A stretch of 46,325 nt of DNA, the filler included, from Catajapyx aquilonaris (taxonomy: Eukaryota), in assembly GCA_000934665.2 (NCBI GenBank). It is 2 parts of 2 records of this genome, joined end to end, with 100 filler letters (N's around TTAATTAATTAA, not from the genome) between each part and the next. Parts side by side here need not be neighbours in the genome. Positions count along the whole stretch, not along the records: positions 23,214 to 46,325 come from JYFJ02005746.1; 1 more part is not named here. One strand, written 5' to 3'. Both the position numbers and the translations under genes were made by a program. Numbering within the stretch: position 1 is the first letter of the stretch; every line of letters starts with the position of its first letter. Positions 34,301 through 45,924 of this stretch are shown piece after piece. A model generated the notes under the pieces. The model did not search any database. It worked only from the letters and a program-made list of their open reading frames with translations, and was not told the origin of the DNA.

Positions 34301-37300
34301 AGTCAAAAAATGACACATTTCGGCCTTCTTCTTGCGATAAAACATTACACATTGATGATAGGAAAACAACTCACATATATATGTAACGTGGAAGCTTTCG
34401 AACGGTATGTAACATGATTTTTTTGGATCATTTGCATGGGAGTTGTTTCGAGTCAAACACAGGGGCCAATATTAAATAAATGGATAGTAGGCAGTGCAAA
34501 GTAGTAATTACGTGGAAAGAAATTGCTCTTGTTATAGAGGAAACAACCTGAATAATAATCATGATTGAAAACCGGTCCTCTAGAGCAGTGTTTCTCAAAC
34601 ATGCTTGAACACAGCCTGCTTGAGGAGGGTCAAAAAATCCTTAAGTCTCCACTCTGGTCACTTACTCCCAGAAGCAAATTGTAATTTTTAGTAAAACTTA
34701 GTAAATTGATTTGTTCATAGTTCGTGCCCTTATGGAGGGTCATTGCTGGCCACTAGTGTGTCATGGACTGCATTTTGAAGACCACAGACTGGAGCAGTTG
34801 ACTTGGCCCTCTTGCTGGACAGGCAATGCAACTTTTCAGTACCATGGAAAAGTTCTTTCTTGTTTTTGTGAAGGAGGCACGAATGTAAAGTTTGTGCTTG
34901 TTTCAATATACAGTTCTAAATATTGGTTTTTCCTTAATAGGAAGCACAGTTGAAGATAATGCACGACGTGAATTTGAAAAGATCAATTCACTAGATATCA
35001 GCAAGGATCGACATGAACGACATGAGCGTGAACGAGGTCGCGAGCGTGCAAAAGATAGAGATAGGGAGAGAGACAGAGAGCGTGATCGAAGTCATGATTC
35101 AGATCGGGGGAGGGAAAGGGAACGAAATCGAACTGATGTAACTAAGAAAACAAACAATGGAGATGACACAAGATCTCGGTCAATGTCACCATCTAGTACA
35201 TCCAGTGGACCAGCAGTGGTTTTAGCTGGTTCGTCAAGTTCAGTAGGATCAATAGGCCCTGCAGGTAGTCCAGTTGGCATAGGTCCAAATCCAAGTGGTC
35301 CTAACGTGTGGAGTGGGATGATGGGTATGGGATACACCATGATGGGGATGATGCCAGGACCTATGATGAGTGATCCAGGGATAATGGGAATAGGTCAAGT
35401 TGGTCAGGTAATACCATATTTTGATGATAGTTCAAACAGGCCAAAAATATTTTTAATGAATTTTCTTTGCCATTTTCTAGTTTGGTATGATGGGTCCAAA
35501 TATGGGAGGAATAATATCAGGGGCTCCTCCTGTCAAAGAGATTATACATTGCAAATCTTGTACACTATTTCCACCAAACCCCAATGCTCCACCACCTACT
35601 ACAAGGGAAAGGCCTCCTGGGTGTAGGACTGTGTTTGTTGGGGGCTTACCTGAAAATGTTACAGGTGAGATGAAACAGTGCACTACTTTTGCACTTTTCT
35701 TACGATACTGCTGCAAGTAAATCATGCATTTGGGAGTGTTGGATTGATTGTATGTGTGCTAACCTTTGTGCAGAGTAATAAGTCTGCTTATTACCCACAA
35801 GATCAGGGATACCTCAAGTGGGTATGTGAGGGTCCGAAATGACTAGAAACTTTATTTAATTTTTTAGTTACCCTGTGATAGGGGCCCTCTTAGGGGGGAA
35901 GGGGATTTATTAACGTCGAACCATGTACTAACGTTTGACGCCCTGGTGCAGGGGTGGGGTGACAGGGAGGGGATGTGCAGTGTGCAGTGCATTGTCGTTT
36001 GCGAAGGTCATTTTGTGAGCTCCCCCGGGTGGTTAGTCTAGCGGAAATTCCATCCAAGGAGAAGCTGGAGACGACCCCGAACTCTGCACAAGATGAAAGG
36101 GGGAATGCCCAGGCTTGGGATTGAACCTGGGACCCTTCCATCCATGGGCGCATACGTTACCGCAGTGCCACTCCGCCTCCCCTGACTAGAAATGATTTAA
36201 GAGCGCCCTCCCGTGGGCACCTCCCCTTTCCTCCCCTAAGAACCCTTATCACAGGGTAATGAAAAAAAGAAGTGGGTATGTGTCCTTCCAAATCATTTAC
36301 TTTGAGCAACACACACAAATGTGTGATTTTTGATACTTAGAGGCGGCAGTTGAAATATTGCATTGGCGTACAGTAAAACTTTTATAAGTCGAATCTCCAT
36401 GGGACCGGGAAAAACTTCGAGTTATAAAAGATTCGAGTTAGAGAAGTTTGGTTATTTTTAAGCACAGAACTCTATAAGGAAACCTATACCTTTATATCCA
36501 GCGACGAAAGGTTTTCAAAACTTCAAAATAACTGTCACTATCACACTTACAATGTTCCTCGTTGTTTTGGTGTTTAAAAAAACTCCATTATGGACATTTG
36601 CCTCTTCTAAAATTCAAGGATTCAATTGTCACAATCGAGTCAAACATTTCTTTCGGTATGTCTGGTAGACGGAGATCAGGATATTGAAGCCTTTCTGTCA
36701 GCTATCTGTACATGTCTCTACTCTCGACTCTTTGGCTGGTAAATGAGAAAATTTTTCGTACTCGCCAACATGAACTTCGACTTAGGGAGACGGAAAATGC
36801 ATTGATATCCCATCGTAAGGCCCTGCCTGCACTTCGAGTTATGGAGAACTTCGAGTTATAGAAATTCGAGTTAGGGAAGTCTATTTCCTATTATTTTACA
36901 TTGTGACCAACCAAGCTAGTCATTTTCTTCGACTTATAGAGAATGTCGACTTAGGGAAGTTCGACTTATAGAAGTTTTACTGTATATACCTCTCAGTACA
37001 TTCGAGATAATAATGATAATCATCCTTATTTAAACACATGGCCCTCCACCTGCCAATTCAAGTCGTGAAAACTTTCTTTTGGAAAGAATCCATTCCATGA
37101 TTAATTTTTCTCTAGGTATTGATAATATTGTAACACATTAATCTTGCAAATTTTCAATTTTTTCATCCTTTTAAGGCCACAGAAAGCACTAGGAACCATC
37201 CAGAATATGTCAATTAATTGGAAATGGTTAGATGATGCCCAATTTTTTGAGCTCCATATTGTTCACTACATCACAAGTAATGAAAATAGCATGAGCACAT

Positions 37301-40300
37301 TAATTTTTCCCCATTGTAATATTCTGGTTGAAGCATTGCCAAATTGTGCGATGAGCATTTATTTTATTCAGTATGAGTTTCAGTGAGCTCTCTGTGACAA
37401 AAAAATAGGATGTCATCTACCATTTCTATAACAATGCTGGACAGTTCCTAGCACTTTCTGTGGTCATTTCAAGTGTGACAAAATTTCAAATTCATGAACT
37501 TCAGGATTATATTTTCATAGCTCAATGATCAGATCATTAAAAACTGAGTATCTCACTTTTTCCTCTAATATTATTAGTAAAACTATATAGTACTAATATC
37601 TATACCCAGAGCAAAATTAATCCTGGCAGAGATTCCTTCCTAAATTGATTTTGGAATAGGATTTTATTACCTTCTAAATGTAGATTCAGTATTTCTCATG
37701 TTTTAGGAATTTCAAGGAAGCAGTGCTTTACAATATGTTTTGTTTTCACATCTGCAGAGGAAATAATTCGAGAGATATTTGAAAGATGCGGAGAGATAAC
37801 TATCATTCGGATGAGCAAGAAAAACTTTTGTCACATTCGCTTTGAACTAGAAGCTTATGTAGATAATGCCATATATCTGTCTGGTAAGTAAAATTCCTTG
37901 TAACAAAGTCCTGAGAAACAATGTTGCTACATGACTGGTGCTTTCAGGGTATCGAATTCGGATTGGAAGCAACACTGATCCTCCCAACACAGGCCGCCTG
38001 CACGTGGATTATGCCCAAGCTCGGGACGACCTCTACGAATGGGAATGTCGACAAAGGCAGCTGCAACGAGAACAGAGACACAGAGAACGCCTGGAACAAG
38101 AACGTCTTCGTCCTCCTTCCCCGCCACCTGTTGTTCACTACACTGATCATGAAGCTCAGTCTATTTCAGAGAAGTTGAAAGGTTAGTAACATAAACTTAG
38201 GACTTTGATGCATTAATTTTTGTGGCTCTTGTTACCTGCAAAGAGAGATTAGGGAGGCTTGATTCACTTATTGAGATTTGTATGCATGTGAGGTAATCTA
38301 TGCTTTTTTTTCTCTTCCCACTGAATGGGTGCACATGAGATATGATAAAGAGCAGCTTTCCATTTCAAACAAAATTCATGTTCAAGGAAGTTACTTGGAA
38401 TCTATCATGTTATGTAGGATAGTCAGAAACCATGGTCAGAAAGTTCCTCCTCCCATGCCTGATTTTGAGCCTGTCTTAGCCAAGTGAAATGGACCTCTTT
38501 ATGGTTAGTGGGTCATTTGTCAATGTCATATTTTTGAGAACTTGACTGAGGTTGCTAGGTGACATCAAGGAAGTACTGACTATGATATATGTAAATTGCT
38601 AAAGAAAGAACTAATGCTTTTTGGTGTAAAGAATAACTTTCTGGCCACCCTGGAATATTACTTTCAATTCCACTTTTTACACAAAGTTAAATAATATAAG
38701 TCAGTTAATAAAAAGTTCTTTTTATAGTATTTTTTGTGAATTAATCTCGTTTTCATCAGCTTTTATCACTTTCCTGTGCCTTGAGCAGGGATAGCTGCTT
38801 CTTTATATACAGGGTGTTCCAAATATCTGGGTCACTTTTGGATAACTGCTTTTGCCTGATAGCAGTTATTTTTTGTAGCTTGTTGTGCCCCGAATTAGTT
38901 GCCCCATTCTATAGCAGAAGTTATAGAATGGGGCAGCCCTATGACACTCCTCGAATAGGGTAGTGTAATAACTGTGTCCCATGGTTCGCTAATACGCCAT
39001 CTTGTTCAAGGTGCAACTCCTGTGGTAGGTAGCGGGTAGTCTGCCTCGATTGGCTTGATCTCTCTTTCCTTCCGCAGACTTACCACTAGAGTGCACCTTG
39101 AAAAAGCTGGCGGATAGCGAACGATGTAGTGCCGCCAGCGCCAAAAGTCCAGTCTGGCGGAGACACAGGAATTAAACTACCGTATTTATACAACTAAGGG
39201 GGAAGTGACATGGGGCTGGAATGGGGCAACTAAATAGGGGCACAACAAGCTACAAAAAATAACTGCTATCAGGCAATAGCAGTTATCCAAAAGTGACCTG
39301 GATATATTGAACACCCTGTATAAGTAAATAAACAGTTAGTTTTTTATTGAGTAATTTTTGGCATGTTTTGTGCCATTAATTTATATTCTTGAATTACATT
39401 TTACTTTCTGCACAACGGAGAGGAAAACTAGTTTTTGGAGATATTTTTTGTGCATGCTATTAAATGTGCTTCAAACAATGAGGATGTTCCTAAAAGCACC
39501 GGTGCGCAGACCGATGCGTCCTGCCGGTTCCCCTCCGGTATGGCCACCAATGACGTAAGTGCTCGGATTAAAGGAGCGTTTTTTGGGAACGCACTGGGTA
39601 ACAAAAATGGCGACCAACTGCAGAATTCGAACATAGAATTAGTCACCCTCTTTCGAAACATCTGCATAGCCTCACCTAAGCCTGAAACACATGCTCATAC
39701 CCAGTGCTGGGAGTCGCCATGTTAGATCGACTGGACGAACCATATCCCTCGGCCGGTGCAAGCGGTTCCCTACCGGTGACGTCATACATGACATTGCCTC
39801 AGCTACTGTCGACAGACCAGAGAATTTAGAAACGGTTCCGGTCACACCAGTCGGCTACCAGTGCTTTTAGGAACGTCCTTAATGTATCAAGTGGGGTAAA
39901 TTCCACTCTGTATGTTCTAGCATTCAGATTCAACATAGAATGGGTATTTTATATGATACTGTGAAATGGGGCAATCCTGATACACTTTATACAGCTAATT
40001 GACATTAGCACATTACATTGAAGAGCTAGATATCTAAGAAAAATCAATTCTTTATAACATGAAATGACTTACGCAAAATATTTTAGTGTAATTCAGATTT
40101 TTATTTCAAAAATGAAATAAATTTTATTGCCACACAAAATCAATCCTGGAAGACATACTTGTAGAGTTCTGGCAGTTATATTAATATTAATGAATGAAGG
40201 CAAAAACTAATTTTGATAGGAAAACACTCTTAAATAAATGTTCTCATAATACATAACTTGCCCACAGTCATGCATGAACCATATGTTTAGCAGCCATGAC

Positions 40301-43300
40301 TTTATCCAAGTGTTGCCAACTTGAACAAAAGTGGGTGTTCCCAAATGCGTTTTTTTCCTAAATATAAATTTGACGATACAAAGGGCCAGATGTTAGCAGT
40401 ATGGTACTATGAAACAATGAATAAGCTATAAATTATTAGCATTGAAACTATTCTAATTTTGTTAAACAGGAACACACATGGGATATGAAAAGTCTTCCCC
40501 TTTTTGTTCGGCATTACCTCATGTGTCTAGGATTGCCCCCTTTGGCTGTGCTGAATTTCTCTTGCTATTTATTTAAAAATGGTCACGTAGTGTTCAGTAC
40601 TACCAGGGTACTGCCAATTCTTCTGCAGTTGACTAACATCAGGATGTTGTATTTGTTCAATGTTCAGGATATTAAGTTGCATTTCTTGCAGCAACATTTG
40701 AAAATTTTACAGGTGATGACACATTCATCAAAGCAGTACAAGTACTTATCACGTGGCTAGAACGTGGGGATTGCAGCAAGCGTAACTCAAACACCTTTTA
40801 CTCCATGGTCCAGTCCAGCAATTCACATGTACGACGACTGATGAATGAGAAGGGTCAGTATGAAGAGGAGTTGCAACGAGCCAAGGACCTAATGAAGCAG
40901 CGAATGCAAGGGATTTTGATGCAGTGTGAGTAGATTTTTTACTGTGATAGCTTATGAATTTTTAGTACAGAACAAAACTCATGCCACGTGTGGAGGTGAC
41001 CTGATGTGAAAAGCACTTTATCACAAACTTTGCTCAAAGGGATGCCCCTAGAGAATAAAGAGCCGTGGGTCAAACTTAAATTGGAAATGTTAAAAATATA
41101 TTGGCCATTTTTTGGTGAAGGGTAGGCAATACCTTGTGAATGGCTTCTTTGCACAGAAAACCCCAGTTCAGCAGCTGTGTGTGTATTTTGTCAAATACAT
41201 ACATTGCCTTTCTGTGCTGAGTATTCTTTATTGTCATGTTTGTGGCAACATGCACCGCATTGAATATGCGAAGGTGGTGGAGGTAAGTTCTTTGTTTGTA
41301 TAAAGGCAGTATATTGTGTTGACAAACGGGAATTGCTGCTATTGCATAGACAAGAGGACATGGAGAATATCCAAGGTATATTGGTAAAATGTGATATATG
41401 TAGACAGGTTATATTGAAGCCTGCCATTTCAAGGTTTAAGGCATTGTTTATAATATGAATGGACACATTGAAAAAATGTCAGTATTAAAATCATCAGTAG
41501 AAACACATTGACAAGTGTTGATTTGTTAAGGTTACTTTAATGGAAATATAAAATAAAGTTATCATCATGTGATGAAATGATTTTAAATATCTGCAATAGT
41601 CTTTGTAGAATGTAAGGAGGTCTCTTTGTATCTTCATGCATCACTAAGTATTTAGGCCAGAATCGTGGTGGCTCGCGTAAGTCTGCAGGGGCATAAATTG
41701 TGACGTAACTCCTATACGGACGACGGCCGCCACCGTGGTGAAAAGTTACGGGAGGCGCGCGCGATTGAAATCATCCTGCAAATCCACGGGACGTCTCGAG
41801 ATTCCATAGGACTTATGGGAGTGTTGGCCCTGGGCTTTTCAGGCCCCCAGGGAGTTTTGGTGGGGCAGGGTTAGCTTCAGGTTGCGGGGGAGAGTGCCCG
41901 GGGGAGGCCTGAGGCTTGGGGCGGCCCCGGGGCGGCCCGGGGCCTCTTTGGGTGTCACTTCCGTCAGGTCGGATTTTTCATCGCCTCACGAACCAAATGC
42001 AATGAAATTGTGTGGAGTGAGGACCGCGGCTAGGGGCGGCCCCGGGGCGGCCCGGGGCCACTTTGAATGTGCGTTCTCAGGTCTGTAATCTCGGATTAAT
42101 CATGACATCCTAGCCGAATGCAATGCAATGGTGTGGTGTGACTGGTGTGCACCCAGGGGCAGCCCGAGGGCCAGTTTGGATGCTCATTGTATAGTCGGGA
42201 AGGATTTGCACCACCCGCCGGCCACATGGTTCACATTGCGCACCTAAAGACCTCATGGAAAACAATTACTGCGCCTATCACCCTATGCAACATGATGGAT
42301 TTTCAAAAGTAGTGGTGCAACAATCACAACTGCCCGCTGCTCATCATTATCCTAGGGCCCTTCGCCGATGATTGCCACTCAACCCCCCAACCTCACAGAG
42401 AAACCCCCACCCCTTGCCCCCACCTACACACACACACACACCCAACCCGCACGAGAAGCCTGTTCCGGGATTGGCTGTTAGAGCTCATTGCGTCACGGAT
42501 ACCAGGTTTTGTAAGTGATATCTGGGGGGTTAGTCCGGCCGATTAAAGAGACATTAGAGGAGGTCACCACGATGGACTTCTCCTTTAAATATACGGCCCC
42601 TTTATTGGCCGCCATGTTTACAGGCGTGACGTCACTTGCAGGAGCATACATGCGCGAGCCACCACGATTCCGGCCTTAACCAATTATTGCTATTTGTTGC
42701 CCATGGCTTTTAGGGGATCATCTTATCAATTACACGATATTATGAAATGACTGTGCTGCTGATGGAATTTGATTGTTTGAGGTAACAGGAAGGCTCTCAG
42801 AAAACCTGTGTGTGCAGAGAGAGAACCCATTGAAACTCTTTACATGAGGAACTCCTGCCTCCAACTCAGGGACTGAACTAGAGAAACTCAAAGTTGGAAG
42901 GCTGTCTTGCTAACCACTATCCTACCATGGTACCCCTAGGCAAGTTCTTGCTAAAAAGATGAAACAATTCCCAAGGATATTAGCTGTCTTCACAGTCCAT
43001 TGGTGGGTGGTAGTAGGGAACAGAAACACTACGTATGGGTAGGCCTGGATACTATTTTGCAACAGGCATGTTTGCCCTCCTGATTGATGTAGCTTAAATG
43101 GGGGGGGGGGGGGGGGNTGCTGCAACGTAGCTACATTGTTCCAACTATCCCCAACTGTGCAGTACAAGATGAAAAGTGAAACTCTGTTTAATCCCACCTA
43201 TTCTGGTGTTGCATAAATCTCCATTTGAAATTCACAATATTGCAATTTGTTTCCATTTTTAAATTAGCATAGGAAGCACTAGAAATTTTTTATAACTTTC

Positions 43301-45924
43301 ATTTTAATTTTTGCAGCTGCAGTAGATGGTGCTTGATTTTTCGAGTTACAATTGTTAACTAAAACAGGTATACTAAGTAAATAATTTTGCAACACTAGTT
43401 ACATAGGTTCAAATTGGGTAACAGTGGGACGATATGATGAACTGATGATATTGTTACTAAAGTTTAAATGAACAGTTAGTATCTTGGAAAATCAGTCACG
43501 ATCTACCATTGCTTGACAAATTTGTTAAAAAATTATTTCATTTTTCTAGCACCTCTTGTCCTGATTTTAAAGCAGAAAAAATAGCAAAATGAAGAATTTG
43601 AAATGTGCATTTTCACAGAATAGATAGAACAAACCTGAGTTTCACTTTTCATCAGATGTTATTATGAACAATTTCCATTGAAAAGTGGTAGCAGTAGTAT
43701 GGCACATTCTTTCTCAATAATAATAACAATAATAATAATAATAATATCATACCCCGTTATCAGCCGGCGGCTCTTTAGGGGGGAGTTTTTGTTTTGACTG
43801 GAACTCTTTCTTTGCATTTTTACTTCGCTTTTGGGGATAGGATAGGGACGGAAGGAAGCGGCTGTGGCCTATTATTTTAGGAAACAACCGCGGCATTTAC
43901 CTGGAGGGACCGTGGGAAACCACAGAAAACCACGGTTAGGGTTGCCGGCCCCGGGGATCGAACCCAGGACCTCCCGATTAGCAGTCGGATACCATATCCC
44001 CTCCGCCACCACTGCTTCGGTCTTTCTCAATAATAAAAGTCCTTGATTGTATTCAGAAGAACTAAATTTACAGGGTGGCTGAAAAGTCCAGCATCAACGG
44101 GTGATCACTATTATTTCTTATTATAAGAAATAATTTTATGGGTAAAAGCTACAATATATTTTCAATATGGTGTCCATCAATGTCAAAACATAACTGTATG
44201 CTTGTTTGCATGTTCCGTAGAATGCAGGACACCACATCCAGAAAAATGGTGCAGCACTCTGTAGCAATACACTCACGCAGATGATGCATGTTCATGATCT
44301 TCACAGCATACACTTTGGATTTCAAAGCATGAAAACATGCCAGCAATTATGTTTTGACATTCGTGGGATTCACATTGAAGATATATTGTCATTTTTACCC
44401 ATGGAATGATTTTTTATTGCATTTACCCATTAATGTGGGACTTTTCGGCCACCCTGTAGAACAAATGACTAACGCCCCTAGATTGCGTACCCATTTTGGT
44501 CATAATTGGTTATTTACATCTATAATTTTATATATGTACAACGCCGTGGAAAAAATGCAGTGGGTAAGTCACCCAGGGTGACCAGACTAGAATGGTTATG
44601 CCTGGTTGTAAGAATGTAAATTACGGAGAAAAAGCTCTGATTATACTAGAAACAAAATTGAACTATTTTTTTGGCCCATGTACATGAATGTGCGATTCCT
44701 ATTGTATTTTTTGCGCTGATTTCAAATATGCTGGCCAACTGTTAGGCTGATTTAATGAAATAAGCTAGAATGTATGGAACAACAACCTTGAGAACTGTGC
44801 CAGACAAATTTGCTGAAATCGTCGTACTTTGTGAGAAAGGAATTAATACTTATTTGCGGCTTTTTGACACTATGGGAAAACCCCAAATTGAATTGGAGTT
44901 TTCCTAAGTCCCAACAAGCCGCAAATAAGTATTAATTTATTTCTCGCAACGTACGATGATTTCAGCAAATTCATCTGGCACAGTTCTCAAGGTTGTTGTT
45001 CCATATAAACTAGCATATTTCATAATTAAATCAGTCTAACAGTTGGTCGGTAGTACTCTAGTTTCGAGTTATTAAGGTGGTGTTTTTGGAAATTAATTTA
45101 GGGACTTCTAGAGGATTAAAATTGTTAGCAACACATTCCTAGCATTTTCCATGAACGTGTAAGTATAGCTGTCATTATTTGTTTGTCCATTTGATACACC
45201 AGTAGCTTGGAGTGGCAGATGAAGGGTCTTGTAAAAATATTTTTGAGTTTGTTACAAGTAGACAATGATCGTCCACTTGTAGGAAGACCAGAGAAAACTC
45301 ATCTTTGAAGAGTAGAAATGGCAGCCTATGTTTTTGTATGGACCTCCTTACAGAAAGTGCTTTTTTACCATGATGCTGAACCACTATGACACACTACTGT
45401 GGTTTGGCTAAAAATGACACCTACTTCTAATTTCCAGTCACATATGGACATCCTGACTGTTGTTACAGGAATCATGACAGGGAATAAATACTTAGTAGAA
45501 ATGGAACACAAAAGGTATGAGTGATGGGTGTATACATTTCCTGTGAAATCAGTCTGAGACTAGTGATGTATTCATGAAACACTCTAATAACTGCGGCTTT
45601 GCCTCAATCACTAGTTGATGAGGACTTTGGTGTTTCTTCCTATACAGAAATTTTTTTGATATTAAGGCAGGCTTCATGATATGTTTATGCAGTAGATTCT
45701 TTATAAGTAAGCCAACGAGAATCGCAGTGGGAATAAGCAGTTGTAAGGTTTGTTAGTAGCCCTGAATTCCTATTCCCAGTCCTAACCCCTCTAACTGTGC
45801 TTGTCTTTCCACTGAAGTCAGTCAGATTGAGCGTGTTTTCATGGCGGCCAGTCACCAGAAGGTCTGGGACCATTTCACCAAAGCGCAGCGCAAGAACATA
45901 GACATGTGGAAGAAGCAGGCAGCT
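28323..45924 (+). CDS. ENOX: ENOX1/ENOX2-like (ecto-NOX disulfide-thiol exchanger family) RRM protein, incomplete at both ends; exons 28323-28385 (tentative), 32722-32928, 34941-35407, 35481-35664, 37758-37883, 37948-38181, 40713-40925, 45818-45924
   Basis: Spliced peptides match the ENOX family: KEIIHCKSCTLFPPNPNAPPPTTRERPPGCRTVFVGGLPEN, RMSKKNFCHIRF, GYRIRIG..TGRLHVDYAQARDDLYEWEC, TWLERGD..FYSMVQSSNSHVRRL, QKVWDHFTKAQRKNID. All junctions are GT-AG and phase-consistent. The two 5' M/G/P-rich exons rest on splice signals and composition only. Confidence 0.88.
29210..29740. mobile_element. ~530-bp foldback / palindromic MITE in an ENOX intron
   Basis: GGCTGGAGCCCTTTGTGTTGGT/ACCAACACAAAGGGCTCCAGCC and GTGGCCCTGCCAGGCACAGT/ACTGTGCCTGGCAGGGCCAC; centre near 29475. 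Confidence 0.85.
30144..30366 (+). mobile_element. piggyBac-like MITE end; related sequence recurs inverted at 45030-45182
   Basis: TTAA|CCCCTTCACTAC terminus. CCTCTAGAAGTCCCTAAATTAATTTCCAAAAA matches the reverse complement of ~45083-45114. Confidence 0.5.
33651..34497. mobile_element. Foldback MITE, family D, with a loop-less centre
   Basis: Same arms as 25917-27490; centre GTGATAAAA|TTTTATCAC at 34058/34059. Confidence 0.85.
35829..36269 (+). mobile_element. Short 5'-truncated retroposon 3' end, interrupted by SINE C
   Basis: TSD AAGTGGGTATGTG at 35816-35828 and 36270-36282; tail CCCCTAAGAACCCTTATCACAGGGTAATG(A)n. Confidence 0.75.
35850..36182 (-). mobile_element. SINE family C copy (nested)
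   Basis: Head GGGGAGGCGGAGTGGCACTGCGG and B box GGTTCAATCCC. TSD TGACTAGAAA at 35840-35849 and 36183-36192. Confidence 0.88.
36371..36982. mobile_element. pogo/Tigger-type MITE
   Basis: TA|CAGTAAAACTTTTATAAGTCGAA ... TTCGACTTATAGAAGTTTTACTG|TA, with subterminal TTCGAGTTA repeats. Confidence 0.88.
38810..39318. mobile_element. Tc1/mariner-type MITE with ~80-100-bp TIRs
   Basis: TA|CAGGGTGTTCCAAATATCTGGGTCACTTTTGGATAACTGC ... GCAGTTATCCAAAAGTGACCTGGATATATTGAACACCCTG|TA. Confidence 0.9.
39482..39878. mobile_element. PIF/Harbinger-like MITE
   Basis: TGA|GGATGTTCCTAAAAGCACCGGT ... ACCAGTGCTTTTAGGAACGTCC|TTA. Confidence 0.7.
41655..42675. mobile_element. GC-rich PIF/Harbinger-type non-autonomous element
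   Basis: TTA|GGCCAGAATCGTGGTGGCTCGCG ... CGCGAGCCACCACGATTCCGGCC|TTA, with internal GGGGCGGCCCCGGGG repeats. Confidence 0.85.
42700..42937 (-). mobile_element. Degenerate SINE family A copy
   Basis: GGCTTTTAGGGGATCATCTT, GAGAGAACCCATTGAAACTCT and GGAAGGCTG..GCTAACCACT match the family A reverse complement. Confidence 0.65.
43724..44021 (-). mobile_element. SINE family B copy
   Basis: Matches 4181-4464 and has an (AAT)n tail. TSD CTTTCTCAATAATAA at 43709-43723 and 44022-44036. Confidence 0.9.
44071..44456 (-). mobile_element. Internally deleted Tc1/mariner-superfamily transposon with a transposase C-terminal remnant
   Basis: TA|CAGGGTGGCTGAAAAGTCC ... GGACTTTTCGGCCACCCTG|TA. Minus-strand LKSKVYAVK...LRECI...IQLCFDIDGHHIENIL* resembles the C-terminus of Tc1/mariner transposases. 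Confidence 0.8.
44731..45050. repeat. ~320-bp palindrome (foldback centre)
   Basis: TATGGAACAACAACCTTGAGAACTGTGCCAGA / TCTGGCACAGTTCTCAAGGTTGTTGTTCCATA, and AATTAATACTTATTTGCGGCTT / AAGCCGCAAATAAGTATTAATT. Confidence 0.85.

Noticed and set aside
34586..34787. hAT-like MITE (CAGTGTTTCTCAAAC...TTTGAAGACCACAG)
   Set aside because: The TIR is too degenerate and there is no matching 8-bp TSD.
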